From an uncultured Candidatus Rokubacteria bacterium (GTDB lineage: Bacteria > Methylomirabilota > Methylomirabilia > Rokubacteriales > CSP1-6), in the NCBI GenBank assembly GCA_963747235.1, contig CAVVEU010000008.1:672001-736000 (forward strand): a DNA stretch of 64,000 nucleotides, written 5' to 3'. Of the stretch, positions 29,293 through 40,895 are shown piece after piece (position 1 is the first letter of the stretch; each line of letters opens with the position of its first letter). Both the position numbers and the translations under genes were made by a program. A model generated the notes under the pieces. The model saw only the letters and a list, made by a program, of their open reading frames with translations, searched no databases and was not told where the DNA came from.

Positions 29293-30253
29293 CCGTAGCG
29301 GGCGGGGGGCCGCGGCGTCTCGCGACCGTCGATCTCGGCACCAACACCGTCCGCCTCCTCGTCGTTGAAGTGAACGACGGGGAAGTGAGCGACGGGCCTG
29401 GCGCGCGCTCCATCAGACGCAGCGGGTCACGCGGCTCGGCGAAGGGCAGGCGGCCGCCGGGCGCCTGCTCCCGGAGCCGATGCGGCGCACCGCCGCCGCG
29501 GTCGCCGAGTTCGCCCACGCGGCGCGCGAGCTCGGCGCCTCTTCTGTCCGGATCGTCGCCACGAGCGCGGTCCGCGAGGCGGGCAACCGCGGCGAGTTCG
29601 TGGCGCGCCTGGAGGCGGAATCGGGCGAGTCGGTGGAGGTCGTCTCGGGCGAGGACGAGGCGCGCCTGACGCTCCAGGGGGTCACCTCCGGGCTGCCCGG
29701 CCTCGGCGACTCGTTCGTCCTCTTCGACATCGGCGGGGGCAGCACCGAGTTCGTGCTCGCGCGCGGGGGTGCCGCGGCGGCCGCGGTGAGCCTGCGGCTG
29801 GGCGTGGTGCCCCTCGTGGAAGAGTGGGGCGAGCCCGGTCCCGTGCGGTGGGATCGCTTCGCGCGCATGCGGGAGGCGATCGAGCGTCGCCTGGCCGCCG
29901 AGGTGCCGGAGGCCATCGCGGGGGCGGCCGTGAACGAGCTGGTCGGCACCGCGGGCACCGTCACCACGCTGGCCGCGCTCGATCTCGGCCTCTCCGCGTA
30001 CGACGCGGCGCGGGTGCACGGCCACCGGCTCGGCCGCGCGGCGGTGGAGCGGGAGCTGGCCCGGCTCGGCGCGCTGTCCGTCGCCGACCGGGGCCGGCTG
30101 CCGTGCCTCGAGCCGGGGCGCGCGGACGTGATCATTCCCGGCATCGCGATCTGCCTGGCCACGATGGCGCGCTTCCGGCGCGAGCACCTCGTGGTGAGCG
30201 ATCGCGGGCTGCGCGAAGGCATTCTCTGCGAGCTGCTGGGGGCCGTCCGGTGA
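29289..30253 (+). CDS. Ppx/GppA family phosphatase (frameshift near 29400)
   Basis: VDLGTNT, ATSAVREA, EDEARL, DIGGGSTE, GTAGT, GRADVI, GLREG. Confidence 0.88.
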
Positions 30254-31260
30254 CGAGGCCGTCCGCGCGCACGCTGTCGGTGATCGACTACCACACCGAG
30301 GGCGAGCCGATGCGGTTCATCGTGGACGGGGTGCCCCCCATCCCCGGGGCGTCGCTGATGGAGCAGAGCGAGCACCTGGCCGCGCACGGCCGCGACCTGC
30401 TCGGCATGGCGCTCTACGAGCCGCGCGGCCACGCCGCGATGTGCGGCGCGATCCTGACCGATCCGGTGACGCCGGGGGCCGACGTCGGCGTGCTCTTCAT
30501 CGAGCCGCTCGGCCCGGTGCACATGTGCGGGCACGGAGCCATCGCGCTCGGCGCCATGCTGGTGGAGACGGGCCGGGTGGCCGCGCCGGACGGCGCCGCC
30601 ACCGTGACGCTCGACACGCCGGCCGGGCTGGTCTCGTGCCGGGTGGCGAGCGCGCCGGGGCAGCCGACCTCGGTCACGATCCGCAACGTGCCCGCGTTCT
30701 CGGTGGGGCTCGATCTCCACGTGGAGGTGCCGGGGCTCGGCCGGGTGGCGTTCGACCTGGCCTACGGCGGCCACTTCTACGCGCTCGTGGAGGCGGCCGC
30801 GTGCGGGCTCACGCTCGAGCCGAAGGAGGCGGCGCGCCTGGTGGAAGTCGGCGAGCGGATCCGCCTCGCCATCGAGGCGCGCGTGCCGCTCGTGCATCCC
30901 GCGATGCCCGACGCGCGCGGGCTGCTCTACGTGCAGTTCCACGAGCCGGCGCGGCGGGCCGACGCGCAGCTCCGCAACGCGGTGGTGGTGGCGCCCGCGG
31001 GCCTCGACCGCTCACCCTGCGGGACCGGGACCTCGGCGCGGCTCGCCAATCTCCACGCGCGCGGCCGGCTCGGGGTGGGGGAGGCGTTCGGCCACGAGTC
31101 CATCATCGGCACGCTCTTCACGGGGCGGATCGTCGCGCTCACCGACGTGGCGGGCACCCCGGCGGTGGTCCCGGAGATCACGGGACGGGCCTGGATGATC
31201 TCCCGCGCCACGCTGTCCCTCGACCCGAGCGACCCGTTCCCGGGTGGCTTCCTCCTCTAG
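30250..31260 (+). CDS. Proline racemase/hydroxyproline epimerase family protein (two catalytic Cys)
   Basis: DYHTEGEPMR, EPRGH, MCGH, YGGHFY, DRSPCGTGTSA. Confidence 0.92.
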   Translation: MTRPSARTLSVIDYHTEGEPMRFIVDGVPPIPGASLMEQSEHLAAHGRDLLGMALYEPRGHAAMCGAILTDPVTPGADVGVLFIEPLGPVHMCGHGAIALGAMLVETGRVAAPDGAATVTLDTPAGLVSCRVASAPGQPTSVTIRNVPAFSVGLDLHVEVPGLGRVAFDLAYGGHFYALVEAAACGLTLEPKEAARLVEVGERIRLAIEARVPLVHPAMPDARGLLYVQFHEPARRADAQLRNAVVVAPAGLDRSPCGTGTSARLANLHARGRLGVGEAFGHESIIGTLFTGRIVALTDVAGTPAVVPEITGRAWMISRATLSLDPSDPFPGGFLL

Positions 31261-31309
31261 CGCCCAGTTTGATTGACACCCCGGCCGTTCGTGTGGTGTC
31301 CTACCCAGG

Positions 31310-31747
31310 ATGAGTCTCATCCCCCGGGTGATCGTCCGGCGCTGGCTCGAGACGGTGCTGGCGCTCTTCTCGCTCGGCATGCTGTACTTCTACTGGCATC
31401 AGGACCAGATGCCCCGCGCGCTCTCCCTCAAGGAGGACGTGACCCTCACGCTCTGGGACTGGATGCTGCGGGGCGTGGTGTTCGGCCTGCTCGGAATCTG
31501 GGGATTCTCCGCTGCTGGTCGTGCTCTTCTTCCTCGTCTACTCGCCGATCTACGTCATCAACCGGGCGCCCGCACCTCGTCGGCAAGGGCGGCTGGCTCG
31601 ACAAGCGCGAGGTCCGCTTCTACCTGGCGTGCTTCGCGCTGGTCTGCCTGCTGGTCGCCCTGTTCACGCGCTCGACCGACGCCTCCGCTGATCCTGCTCG
31701 TCCTGCTGGCCGGCTTCGGCCCGATGATCTGGCGCCTCCTGGTGTAG
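31310..31747 (+). CDS. Hypothetical membrane protein (several internal frameshifts)
   Basis: Hydrophobic segments spread over three frames; TTGACA at 31273 upstream. Confidence 0.55.
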   Translation: MSLIPRVIVRRWLETVLALFSLGMLYFYWHQDQMPRALSLKEDVTLTLWDWMLRGVVFGLLGIWGFSAAGRALLPRLLADLRHQPGARTSSARAAGSTSARSASTWRASRWSACWSPCSRARPTPPLILLVLLAGFGPMIWRLLV

Positions 31748-31757
31748 CCCCCGCGAG

Positions 31758-31786
31758 TTGACAGGCCCCGGTGCCTTGTCTATCCT
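31758..31786 (+). promoter_or_regulatory. sigma70-type promoter of HNH-uvrB
   Basis: TTGACA-17 bp-TATCCT, 10 bp before ATG 31797. Confidence 0.65.
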
Positions 31787-31796
31787 TGCCGGGTAT

Positions 31797-32327
31797 ATGG
31801 ATGAAATCGCGGTGTTGGTGCTGAATTACACCTACGAGCCGCTGCATTTCACCAACGCCAAGCGGGCGATCACGCTGCTGCTGGCGGGCAAGGCCGAGAG
31901 CGTCGAGGCCTCCCCCCGCGTGATCCGCTCGCCCTCGCGGAGCTTCCATCTCCCGGCGGTCATTCGCCTCGGGGCGTATATCCGGAAGCCGTTCCTGGAG
32001 CGGGTGGCCTTCAACAAGAAGAACATCCTGCGGCGGGACGGCTACACCTGCCAGTACTGCTCGCGACGCGGGGAGAAGCTCACGGTGGATCACGTGGTCC
32101 CGCGCTCGCGCGGGGGCCAGACCACCTGGACCAACGTGGTGGCCGCCTGCCTGCGCTGCAACCTGCTCAAGGGCAACCGCATGCTGGAGGAGGCCCGGCT
32201 GCGGCTGATCCGGGAGCCCGTGCACCCCCAGTTCCTCTTCTCGGTGCACCTGCTCCGGCATCCGCACGCGACCTCGTTCCTCGACTCGTGGCGGAAGTAC
32301 CTGGTGGCGGTGCCCTCGACGTCCTGA
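31797..32327 (+). CDS. HNH endonuclease (McrA-like)
   Basis: [49 protein letters not shown]. Confidence 0.92.
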   Translation: MDEIAVLVLNYTYEPLHFTNAKRAITLLLAGKAESVEASPRVIRSPSRSFHLPAVIRLGAYIRKPFLERVAFNKKNILRRDGYTCQYCSRRGEKLTVDHVVPRSRGGQTTWTNVVAACLRCNLLKGNRMLEEARLRLIREPVHPQFLFSVHLLRHPHATSFLDSWRKYLVAVPSTS

Positions 32328-32349
32328 GGCGGTCGCCCTGAGCAGCCAG

Positions 32350-34383
32350 TTGTCGACGCCGTTGTTCAAGCTCTCCTCGGAGTTCAGCCCGTCCGGCGAC
32401 CAGCCGCAGGCGATCGAGCGCCTGGTCTCGATCATCGGAGCGGGGAGCCCCCACACCGTCCTGCTGGGGGTCACCGGGAGCGGCAAGACCTTCACGCTCG
32501 CCAACCTGATCACCCGCCTCAGCCGGCCCGCGCTGGTGATCTCGCCCAACAAGACGCTGGCCGCCCAGCTCTACAGCGAGTTCAAGGCGTTCTTCCCGGA
32601 GTCCGCGGTCGAGTACTTCGTCTCCTACTACGACTACTACCAGCCGGAAGCCTACATCCCGCAGTCGGACACCTACATCGAGAAGGACGCGCTGGTGAAC
32701 GACGAGATCGACCGCATGCGGCACTCGGCGACCACGTCGCTCTTCGAGCGCCGGGACGTGGTGGTGGTCGCCTCGGTGTCCTGCATCTACGGCATCGGCG
32801 AGCCCGAGACCTACCACGGCATGCACGTGTCGCTGCGGCCGGGGCAGACCATGGACCGGGACGCCCTGATCCGGGCCCTGGTGGCGGTGCAGTACGAGCG
32901 CAACGACTACGATTTCCGCCGCGGCACCTTCCGGGTGCGCGGCGACGTGGTCGAGGTGTTCCCGGCCGCCGCCGAATCGGAGGCGCTGCGGGTGGAGTTC
33001 TGGGGCGACAGCGTCGAGCGGCTCATGACCATCGATCCCCTCCGCGGGGTCACCACCGGCACCGTCGGGGACGCGCGGATCTACCCGGCGAGCCACTACG
33101 TGACCCCGGCCGCCCAGCTCGAGCGGGCGATCGAGGGCATCATGGACGAGCTGCGCGAGCGGCTCGGGTTCCTCAAGGCGCGCGGCCGGCTGCTGGAGGC
33201 GCAGCGCCTCGAGCAGCGCACGCTCTTCGACATGGAGATGCTCCGCGAGCTCGGCTACTGCCACGGCGTCGAGAACTACTCGCGGCACCTCTCCGGGCGC
33301 AAGCCGGGGCAGAACCCGCCGACCCTGATGGACTACCTCCCCAAGGACGCGCTGGTCATCCTCGACGAGTCGCACGTGACCGCGCCGCAGGTGCGCGGCA
33401 TGTACCCGGGCGACCGCTCGCGCAAGGAGGCGCTGGTCGAGTACGGCTTCCGCCTGCCCTCGGCCTTCGACAACCGTCCGCTCACCTTCGCGGAGTTCAC
33501 CCGCCTCGTCCCGCAGACCCTGTACGTCTCCGCGACGCCGGGCCCATACGAGCTGGAGCGGGCCGGAGTCGAGCGCGGGGAGCCGGGGAGCGCGCTCACG
33601 GGTGGGTCGGTGGCGGAGCAGATCATCCGGCCGACCGGCCTCATGGACCCGATCATCACGGTGCGGCCCGCCTCCTCGCAGGTGGACGATCTCATGGGCG
33701 AGGTGCGGGCCCGGGCGGAGCGGGACGAGCGGGTGCTCATCACCACGCTCACCAAGCGCATGGCCGAGGATCTCACCGAGTACTACCAGCAGAACGGCCT
33801 CCGCGTCCGCTACCTGCACTCCGACATCGACACGCTGGAGCGGGTGGCCGTCATCCGCGACCTGCGCCTCGGCAAGTTCGACGGGCTCATCGGGATCAAC
33901 CTGCTGCGGGAAGGGCTCGACCTGCCCGAGGTCTCGCTGGTCGCGATCCTGGACGCGGACAAGGAAGGCTTCCTGCGCTCCGCCACGTCGCTGATCCAGA
34001 CCTCCGGCCGCGCGGCCCGGCACGTCAACGGCGAGGTCATCATGTACGCGGACACCGTGACCGGCTCGATGAAGGCGGCCCTCGCGGAGACCGAGCGCCG
34101 CCGCGTGGTGCAGGGCGAGTACAACCGCGCCCACGGGATCACCCCGGAGTCGGTGCGCCGCTCGATCCGGGACCTGCTGGAGTCGGTGCCCGAGCGCGAC
34201 TACTACACGGTCGAGGTCGAGCAGACGCCCCGGACGCAGTGGGAGAGCCCCGCCGCCCTCGCGGCCCACGTGAAGGAGCTGGAGGCGTCCATGAAGGACG
34301 CGGCGCGCCGGCTCGACTTCGAGCGGGCCGCCGAGCTGCGCGACCGCATCAAGGCCCTCAAGAAGGTCGACCTGGGCGTCTGA
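32350..34383 (+). CDS. uvrB: Excinuclease ABC subunit B
   Basis: [35 protein letters not shown]-terminal UVR domain. Confidence 0.98.
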   Translation: MSTPLFKLSSEFSPSGDQPQAIERLVSIIGAGSPHTVLLGVTGSGKTFTLANLITRLSRPALVISPNKTLAAQLYSEFKAFFPESAVEYFVSYYDYYQPEAYIPQSDTYIEKDALVNDEIDRMRHSATTSLFERRDVVVVASVSCIYGIGEPETYHGMHVSLRPGQTMDRDALIRALVAVQYERNDYDFRRGTFRVRGDVVEVFPAAAESEALRVEFWGDSVERLMTIDPLRGVTTGTVGDARIYPASHYVTPAAQLERAIEGIMDELRERLGFLKARGRLLEAQRLEQRTLFDMEMLRELGYCHGVENYSRHLSGRKPGQNPPTLMDYLPKDALVILDESHVTAPQVRGMYPGDRSRKEALVEYGFRLPSAFDNRPLTFAEFTRLVPQTLYVSATPGPYELERAGVERGEPGSALTGGSVAEQIIRPTGLMDPIITVRPASSQVDDLMGEVRARAERDERVLITTLTKRMAEDLTEYYQQNGLRVRYLHSDIDTLERVAVIRDLRLGKFDGLIGINLLREGLDLPEVSLVAILDADKEGFLRSATSLIQTSGRAARHVNGEVIMYADTVTGSMKAALAETERRRVVQGEYNRAHGITPESVRRSIRDLLESVPERDYYTVEVEQTPRTQWESPAALAAHVKELEASMKDAARRLDFERAAELRDRIKALKKVDLGV

Positions 34384-34387
34384 GCGA

Positions 34388-34597
34388 ATGGTCTTCAAGT
34401 GGGCGCTGATCGTCTTCGGGGTGGCCACGGTGATCCTGTTCGTGCTCACGAAGGTCATCGGGTTCCTGAATCCGCCCCGCCCGGGCCGGCCCGCGCCGCT
34501 CATGCTGGGGCGCGTCCAGCGCGCGCTCACCTGGACCGTCCTGGTGCCGGCGGCGCTGGCCCTGGTCCTGCTCGTGGTGACCCTGCTCCGGTCTTGA
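34388..34597 (+). CDS. Small two-TM membrane protein
   Basis: 69 aa with two hydrophobic helices, between uvrB and uvrC. Confidence 0.55.
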   Translation: MVFKWALIVFGVATVILFVLTKVIGFLNPPRPGRPAPLMLGRVQRALTWTVLVPAALALVLLVVTLLRS

Positions 34598-34661
34598 TGT
34601 GCGAGGCGCAGCCGAAGGCGAGCCGAGCGCATTCGAACATGAAGTCAGGGGTCTCAGCTGA

Positions 34662-36494
34662 ATGACGCTCGACGAGAAGATCGACCAGGTGCCCGATCGG
34701 CCGGGCGTCTACCTCTACAAGGACACCAAGGCCCAGATCATCTACATCGGCAAGGCCGCGTCGCTCCGCAGCCGCGTGCGGTCCTACTTCCAGGAGTCGC
34801 GCGCGCGCGATCCGAAGACCGACGCGCTGGTCGGCCACATCCGCGACCTCGAGTACATCGTCACCGCGAACGAGCTCGAGGCGATGATCCTCGAGTCCAC
34901 GCTCGTCAAGAAGCACCGTCCCCGGTACAACATCATCCTGCGGGACGACAAGCACTATCCCTTCCTCAAGCTCACCACCAACGAGGAGTTCCCGCGCCTC
35001 GTGGTGGCCCGGCGGGTGCAGAAGGACGGCGCGACCTACTTCGGCCCGTTCTACCCGGCCACCGCGATGCGGGAGACGCTGCGATTGGTGCGGCAATTGT
35101 TCCCCCTGCGCACGTGCCGGATCAAGATCGACGGGACGCTCTCCCGCCCGTGCCTGCAGTACTACATCCACCGCTGCAACGCTCCCTGCACGGGCTGGGA
35201 GACCGCGGAGGGCTACGCGCGGACGGTCCAGGACGTGGCGCGCTTCCTCGAGGGCAAGAACGACGACCTCGCGGCCCGGCTCACGCGGGAGATGGAGACC
35301 GCGGCCGAGGAGATGAAGTTCGAGCGGGCCGCCGCCCTGCGCGACCGCATCCAGGCGCTCAACACGGTGCGGGAGCGGCAGCAGATGATCTCGATCGAGG
35401 AAGAGGACCAGGACGTGGTGGGAGTGGTCCGCCAGGGCTCGGAGGCCTGCGTGCAGCTCTTCTTCGTGCGCAAGGGGCGGCTGCTCGGGCGGGAGTCGTT
35501 CTTCTTCGAGCGGGTGGCCGGCGCGAGCGACGGCGAGATCCTCTCCGCCTTCATCCGCCAGTTCTACGCCAAGAACGTGGTGCCCCCGCCCGAGATCCTG
35601 CTCTCGGAGACGCCGCCCGAGATCGACCTCACCGGGGAATGGCTGGTGCAGCGCCGGGGCGGGCGCGTCGAGCTGCTGGCCCCGCAGCGCGGGCGCAAGC
35701 GCGACCTGGTCGCGATGGCCGAGGAGAACGCGGCGCTCGCGCTCCAGACGCACCTGCTCGCGCGCGGCAGCCGCCAGCAGGTGGTGCTGGAGGATCTGGA
35801 GCGCTCGCTCGCCCTGCCCGGGCCGCCGCATCGCATCGAGTGCTTCGACATCTCGACGCACCAGGGCAAGGAGACCGTCGCCTCCATGGTGGTGTGGCAG
35901 GACGGCGACATGAAGAAGGACGACTACAAGCGCTTCAAGATCCGCACCGTCATCGGCACCGACGACTTCGCGTCCATGCAGGAGGTGCTGAGCCGGCGCT
36001 ACGGGCGCGCGCTGGAGAGTGAGGGCGTGCTGCCCGACCTCATCCTGCTCGACGGCGGGCGCGGCCAGCTCGGCGCGGGGATGAAGGCGCTCGAGGATCT
36101 GGGCCTCGACTACATCCCGCTCGCCGCCCTCGCCAAGCGCGCCGAGGAGGTCTACACGCCGGATCGGCTCCAGCCGCTCGTGCTGGACATGGGCTCGCCC
36201 GCGCTGCAGGCCTTGCAGAGGATCCGCGACGAGGCGCATCGCTTCGCGATCACCTACCACCGCAAGCTGCGGCAGCGCCGGGCCATCGCGTCCGTGCTCG
36301 ACCAGATTCCCGGGGTGGGGCCGACGCTCCGCACGAGCCTGCTCAAGACCCTGGGCTCCGCGAAAGGGGTGCGGGAGGCCTCGGTGGCCGACCTGGCCTC
36401 GGTGCCGAAAATCACCCCGAAGCTGGCGCAACGGATCTATGCTTTCTTCCACCCGAGCCCGGCGGGGGAACCTTCCGAGGGGCAAGGGGGTTAA
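34662..36494 (+). CDS. uvrC: Excinuclease ABC subunit C
   Basis: GIY-YIG (PGVY...IYIGKA), CFDIS, DGGRGQL, RDEAHRFAI, HhH. Confidence 0.98.
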   Translation: MTLDEKIDQVPDRPGVYLYKDTKAQIIYIGKAASLRSRVRSYFQESRARDPKTDALVGHIRDLEYIVTANELEAMILESTLVKKHRPRYNIILRDDKHYPFLKLTTNEEFPRLVVARRVQKDGATYFGPFYPATAMRETLRLVRQLFPLRTCRIKIDGTLSRPCLQYYIHRCNAPCTGWETAEGYARTVQDVARFLEGKNDDLAARLTREMETAAEEMKFERAAALRDRIQALNTVRERQQMISIEEEDQDVVGVVRQGSEACVQLFFVRKGRLLGRESFFFERVAGASDGEILSAFIRQFYAKNVVPPPEILLSETPPEIDLTGEWLVQRRGGRVELLAPQRGRKRDLVAMAEENAALALQTHLLARGSRQQVVLEDLERSLALPGPPHRIECFDISTHQGKETVASMVVWQDGDMKKDDYKRFKIRTVIGTDDFASMQEVLSRRYGRALESEGVLPDLILLDGGRGQLGAGMKALEDLGLDYIPLAALAKRAEEVYTPDRLQPLVLDMGSPALQALQRIRDEAHRFAITYHRKLRQRRAIASVLDQIPGVGPTLRTSLLKTLGSAKGVREASVADLASVPKITPKLAQRIYAFFHPSPAGEPSEGQGG

Positions 36495-36527
36495 CCGGAA
36501 GGACTACACCGAAAGGGGGTGACGCGC

Positions 36528-36776
36528 ATGAAGATGCTCATGATGGCGATCGCGATGGTCGCGCTGGCCGCTTCGCCGGTGCTGGCCAACCAGTGCCCGC
36601 TCCTGATCAAGCAGGTCCAGGACGCGACGGCGGGCAAGACCGACGACGCATCCAAGAAGGCGATGGCGCTGGCCAACGAGGCCAAGGCGCTCCACGACGC
36701 CGGCAAGCACGCCGAGTCGGTGGCCAAGGCCGACGAGGCCGCGAAGGCGATCAATCTCACCCTGAAGAAGAAGTAA
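36528..36776 (+). CDS. Small exported helical protein
   Basis: Signal peptide ending VLA, then NQCP...LHDAGKHAES; GGGGG RBS. Confidence 0.7.
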   Translation: MKMLMMAIAMVALAASPVLANQCPLLIKQVQDATAGKTDDASKKAMALANEAKALHDAGKHAESVAKADEAAKAINLTLKKK

Positions 36777-36787
36777 GGCCGGTCCCA

Positions 36788-36825
36788 CTCCCGGGGGCGC
36801 GTCTGGCCCCCGGGAGCCGTTTCTT
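36788..36825 (+). terminator. Probable intrinsic terminator
   Basis: CTCCCGGGGG...CCCCCGGGAG stem followed by CCGTTTCTT. Confidence 0.55.
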
Positions 36826-36862
36826 GCGCCCCCCGCCTAAGCGTGTAAAAATCAGCGCCAAT

Positions 36863-39365
36863 ATGGCCCTCGACGAGCGTCAGGATCGCTACCCGTTCCC
36901 GGAGATCGAGGCCAGGTGGCAGAAGGCCTGGGCGGACGGCAAGCAGTTCAAGGTGACCGAGGAGCCCGGCCGGCCCAAGTACTACTGTCTCGAGATGTTC
37001 CCGTACCCGTCCGGCCGCATCCACATGGGCCACGTGCGGGTCTACGCGATCGGCGACCTGCTGGCCCGCTACAAGTGGATGCGGGGCTTCAACGTGCTGC
37101 ATCCGATGGGCTGGGACGCCTTCGGGCTGCCCGCCGAGAACGCGGCCATCGACAACGGGGTGCACCCCGCGGTGTGGACGTACGAGAACATCGACAACAT
37201 GCGCACGCAGCTCAAGCGCATGGGCATCTCCTACGACTGGGACCGCGAGGTGGCCACCTGCGATCCCGCCTACTACAAGTGGGAGCAGCTCGTCTTCATC
37301 CGGATGCTCGAGCGCGGCCTCGCCTACCGGCGCCGGTCGCGCGTGAACTGGTGCCCGTCGTGCCAGACCGTGCTCGCCAACGAGCAGGTCGAGGCGGGCC
37401 GCTGCTGGCGCTGCGATTCCGAGGTGACGATCCGCGAGATCGACGGCTGGTTCTTCAAGATCACCGACTACGCCCAGGAGCTGCTCGACTGGTGCGACCG
37501 GCTGCCCGGCTGGCCCGAGCGGGTGCTCACCATGCAGCGCAACTGGATCGGCCGCAGCGAGGGCGCCGAGTTCGCGCTGCCGGTGGCGGGCCGGCCGGAT
37601 CTCAAGCTCCCGATCTTCACCACGCGCCCCGACACCTCCTTCGGCATGACCTACGCGGTGCTGGCCCCCGAGCACCCGCTGGTGGACGGCCTCGCGGTGG
37701 ACGCGGAGGAGCGCCGCCGGATCGACGCCTTCCGCGCCGAGGTCGCGCGCGAGACCGAGATCGAGCGGCTCGCCACCGACCGGCCGAAGCGCGGCCTGCG
37801 GCTCGCGGCCCGCGCGGTGAACCCGTTCACCGGCCAGGAGATCCCGCTCTTCCTCGCCGACTACGTGCTGATGGGCTACGGCACCGGCGCGATCATGGCG
37901 GTGCCGGGCGAGGACCAGCGCGACTGGGATTTTGCCAAGGCCCACGGGCTCCCGATCGTGGCGACCGTGAAGCGGCCGGACGGCTGGCAGGAGGATCAGG
38001 CCTACACCGGCGACGGCGTGAAGATCAACTCGGGCTTCCTCGACGGGCTCTCGATCGAGGAGGCCAAGCGCAAGGCGATCGACTGGCTCGTGGCCCAGGG
38101 GCTCGGCCAGGCCAAGATCAACTTCCGCCTCCGCGACTGGGGGATCAGCCGGCAGCGCTACTGGGGCGCGCCGATCCCGGTGCTCTACTGCGAGAAGGAC
38201 GGCATGGTGCCGGAGCGGGAGGAGAACCTGCCGGTGGTGCTGCCGCGCGACGTGCAGATCAGCGGCAAGGGCGGCTCGCCGCTCGCGGAGGTGGCGAGCT
38301 TCGTCAACGCGGTCTGCCCCAGGTGCGGGGGCCCGGCGCGGCGGGACACCGACACCATGGACACCTTCGTGGAGTCGTCCTGGTACTTCCTCCGCTACTG
38401 CTCGCCGACCTACGATCGCGGCATGTTCGAGCCGGACGCGGCCGCCTACTGGATGCCGGTCGACCAGTACATCGGCGGCATCGAGCACGCGGTGCTGCAC
38501 CTGCTGTACGCGCGCTTCTACACCAAGGCGCTGCGCGACCTCGGGATGCTGAAGGTGGACGAGCCCTTCCTGGCCCTCCTCTCGCAGGGCATGGTCATCA
38601 AGGACGGGGCCAAGATGTCGAAGTCGAAGGGCAACGTGGTGGACCCGGACGATCTCATCCGCCGCTACGGGGCCGACACCGCGCGGCTCTTCTCGCTCTT
38701 CGCGGCCCCGCCCGAGAAGGACCTCGACTGGAACGACCGCGGCGTCGAGGGCGCCTCCCGCTTCCTCAACCGCATCTGGCGCTTCGTCCACGCGAATCTG
38801 CCCGAGCTCACGACCGCCCCGCGCACTCCGGCCGGACCGCTCTCCGAATCCGGCCGCGCCTTCCGGCGCGTGATCCACGAGACGATCCAGAAGGTGACGC
38901 ACGATATCGAGCACGACTTCCACTTCAACACCGCGATCAGCGCGGTGATGGAGCTGGTGAACGCGCTCCACGACTTCGAGCGCGCGTCGATGGACGGGAT
39001 GGCGCGGCAGGAGCGGAGCGCGCTGCTGCGGGAGGCGGTCGAGGCCACGCGTGCTCCTGCTGGGGCCGGTGTCGCCCCACATCACCGAGGAGCTGTGGGC
39101 CGCGCTCGGCCACCGCGGGAGCCTGTTCAGGCGGGCGTGGCCGGTCGCGGACGCGGCCGCGCTCGCGCGCGATGAGGTGGAGATCGTGGTCCAGGTGGAC
39201 GGGCGCGTGCGGGGCCGCCTCACCGCGGCGGTCGGCGCCAAGGAGGCGGAGATCCGCGAGATGGCTCTCACCGACGGGAAGGTGCTCCCGTGGCTCGACG
39301 GGCGCCAGGTCGCCAAGGTGGTCGTGGTGCCCGGGCGTCTCGTCAACATCGTGACCCGTGGCTGA
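36863..39365 (+). CDS. leuS: Leucine-tRNA ligase (frameshift near 39050)
   Basis: MFPYPSG.IHMGH, FTTRPDT, DWGISRQRYWG, KMSKS; C-terminal VQVDG...LVNIV in ORF 39051-39365. Confidence 0.97.
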
Positions 39366-39879
39366 CCCGGCGCGCCTCGCCCGCCGCGTCCTGGGGCTGA
39401 CCCTGGCCGCGGTCCTGCTGGCCGGCTGCGGCTACAGCACGCGCGGCAGCCTGCCCGATCACATCAAGACGGTCGCGGTGCCCATCTTCAAGAACCGCAC
39501 CCTCGAGCCGGGAGTGGAGAGCGCGATCACCTCCGGGGTGGTCAACGCCTTCTCCAGCGGCGGCCGCGTGCGGGTGGTGCCGCTCGACGAGGCCGACGCC
39601 ATCCTCGAGGGCGAGGTGGTGGGCTACACGCTCGAGGGCCTCGCCTTCGACCGGAGCTCCATCGTGCGCGCCTACCGGCTGCGGCTCACCCTGAACGTGG
39701 AGTTCCGCGACGTGAAGCGGAGCGCCACGCTCTGGCGGCAGGAAGGGCTGCAGGAGACGTCGGACTTCCAGGTCGAGGGCAGCGTGTCGGACACGGTGGC
39801 CCGCGGGCAGGGGGCCGTGCTGCAGGCCGCGACCGAGATCGGGCGCAAGGTGGTCAACCTCGCGGTGGACCGCTTCTAG
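39358..39879 (+). CDS. lptE: LPS assembly lipoprotein LptE
   Basis: Lipobox LAGC followed by GY; conserved leuS-lptE-holA order. Confidence 0.85.
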   Translation: MADPARLARRVLGLTLAAVLLAGCGYSTRGSLPDHIKTVAVPIFKNRTLEPGVESAITSGVVNAFSSGGRVRVVPLDEADAILEGEVVGYTLEGLAFDRSSIVRAYRLRLTLNVEFRDVKRSATLWRQEGLQETSDFQVEGSVSDTVARGQGAVLQAATEIGRKVVNLAVDRF

Positions 39880-39898
39880 TGTCCGCGCGGCCGTAGCG

Positions 39899-40895
39899 GT
39901 GGACTACGCGGGGTTCGTCCGAGGCCGCGGACGCGGGGCAGGTGGGGCCGGTGACCCTGCTGCACGGGCCCGAGCCGTTTCTCCTCGATGACGCGGTGGC
40001 GCGCCTCACCCGCGCGCTCTTCCCCGGCCAGACCGAGCTCTCCCTCGTGCGGGAGATCCTCGACGCGCGCGCGGCGGGCGCGGAGACCGTCGTGCAGGCG
40101 GCCCTCACCCTGCCGTGGCTGGGCGACCGCCGGCTCGTGGTGGCGCGCGGCGCGGACGGCCTGACCGCGAAGGCCGGCGAGGCGCTCACCGCGTACGCGA
40201 AGGCGCCGAACCCGTCCACCGTGCTGGTGCTCCTGGCCGACTCGCTGCTGGACGGCTCGCACTGGCTGCTGCGCGGGCTGCCGTCCGCCGCGGTGGTGCC
40301 GGCCCCGGCGCTCGCGGGCCGCGCGCTCGCGACGTGGCTGCGCGCCCACGCGCAGGCCGTCGGCTACGAGCTGCGCGAGGACGCGGCCGGCCTGCTGGTG
40401 GAGCTCTCGGGCGACGATCTCACCCGCCTGGTCGGCGAGGTGGAGAAGGCCGCGCTCGCGGGCGGCCCGGAGAACCGGCGCGTGACGGTGGCCGAGATCC
40501 GCGCGGTGGTCGGCGAGCACCGGCTGCGCCACGTCTTCGATCTCACCCGCGCCCTGTCGGCGCGTGACGCCGCCGCGGCGCTGGCGCTGCTCGAGTCGCT
40601 GCTCAACGCGGGGGAAGAGCCGCTCGCGGTGCTCGGCATGCTGACCCGCGAGGCCCGCGCCACGTGGCAGGCCGCGGACGCGCTGCGGGCCGGCCGCGCG
40701 CCCGAGGAGATCGCGCGCAGCCTGCGGCGCCCGCCCGCCGCGGCCACCGCCCTGCTCGAGCGGGCGCGGAGCGTGTCCGTCGCGGGCGCGGCGCGGCAGC
40801 TCGCCCGCTGCTGGGACGTCGAGCGGCGCCTCAAGCTGGGCGGGACGCCGCGCCCCGAGCTCTCGCTGCTCGTCGCCGATCTGTGCGCGGTCTGA
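39899..40895 (+). CDS. holA: DNA polymerase III delta subunit (frameshift near 39925)
   Basis: LLHGPEPFL, TLPWLGDRRLVV, EVEK, VFDL; synteny; GTG 39899 start lies one frame off. Confidence 0.88.

Noticed and set aside
31797-32327. HNH gene as a defence system or mobile homing endonuclease
   Set aside because: Common standalone McrA-like family; no methylase, intron or other defence genes adjacent; composition matches the host.
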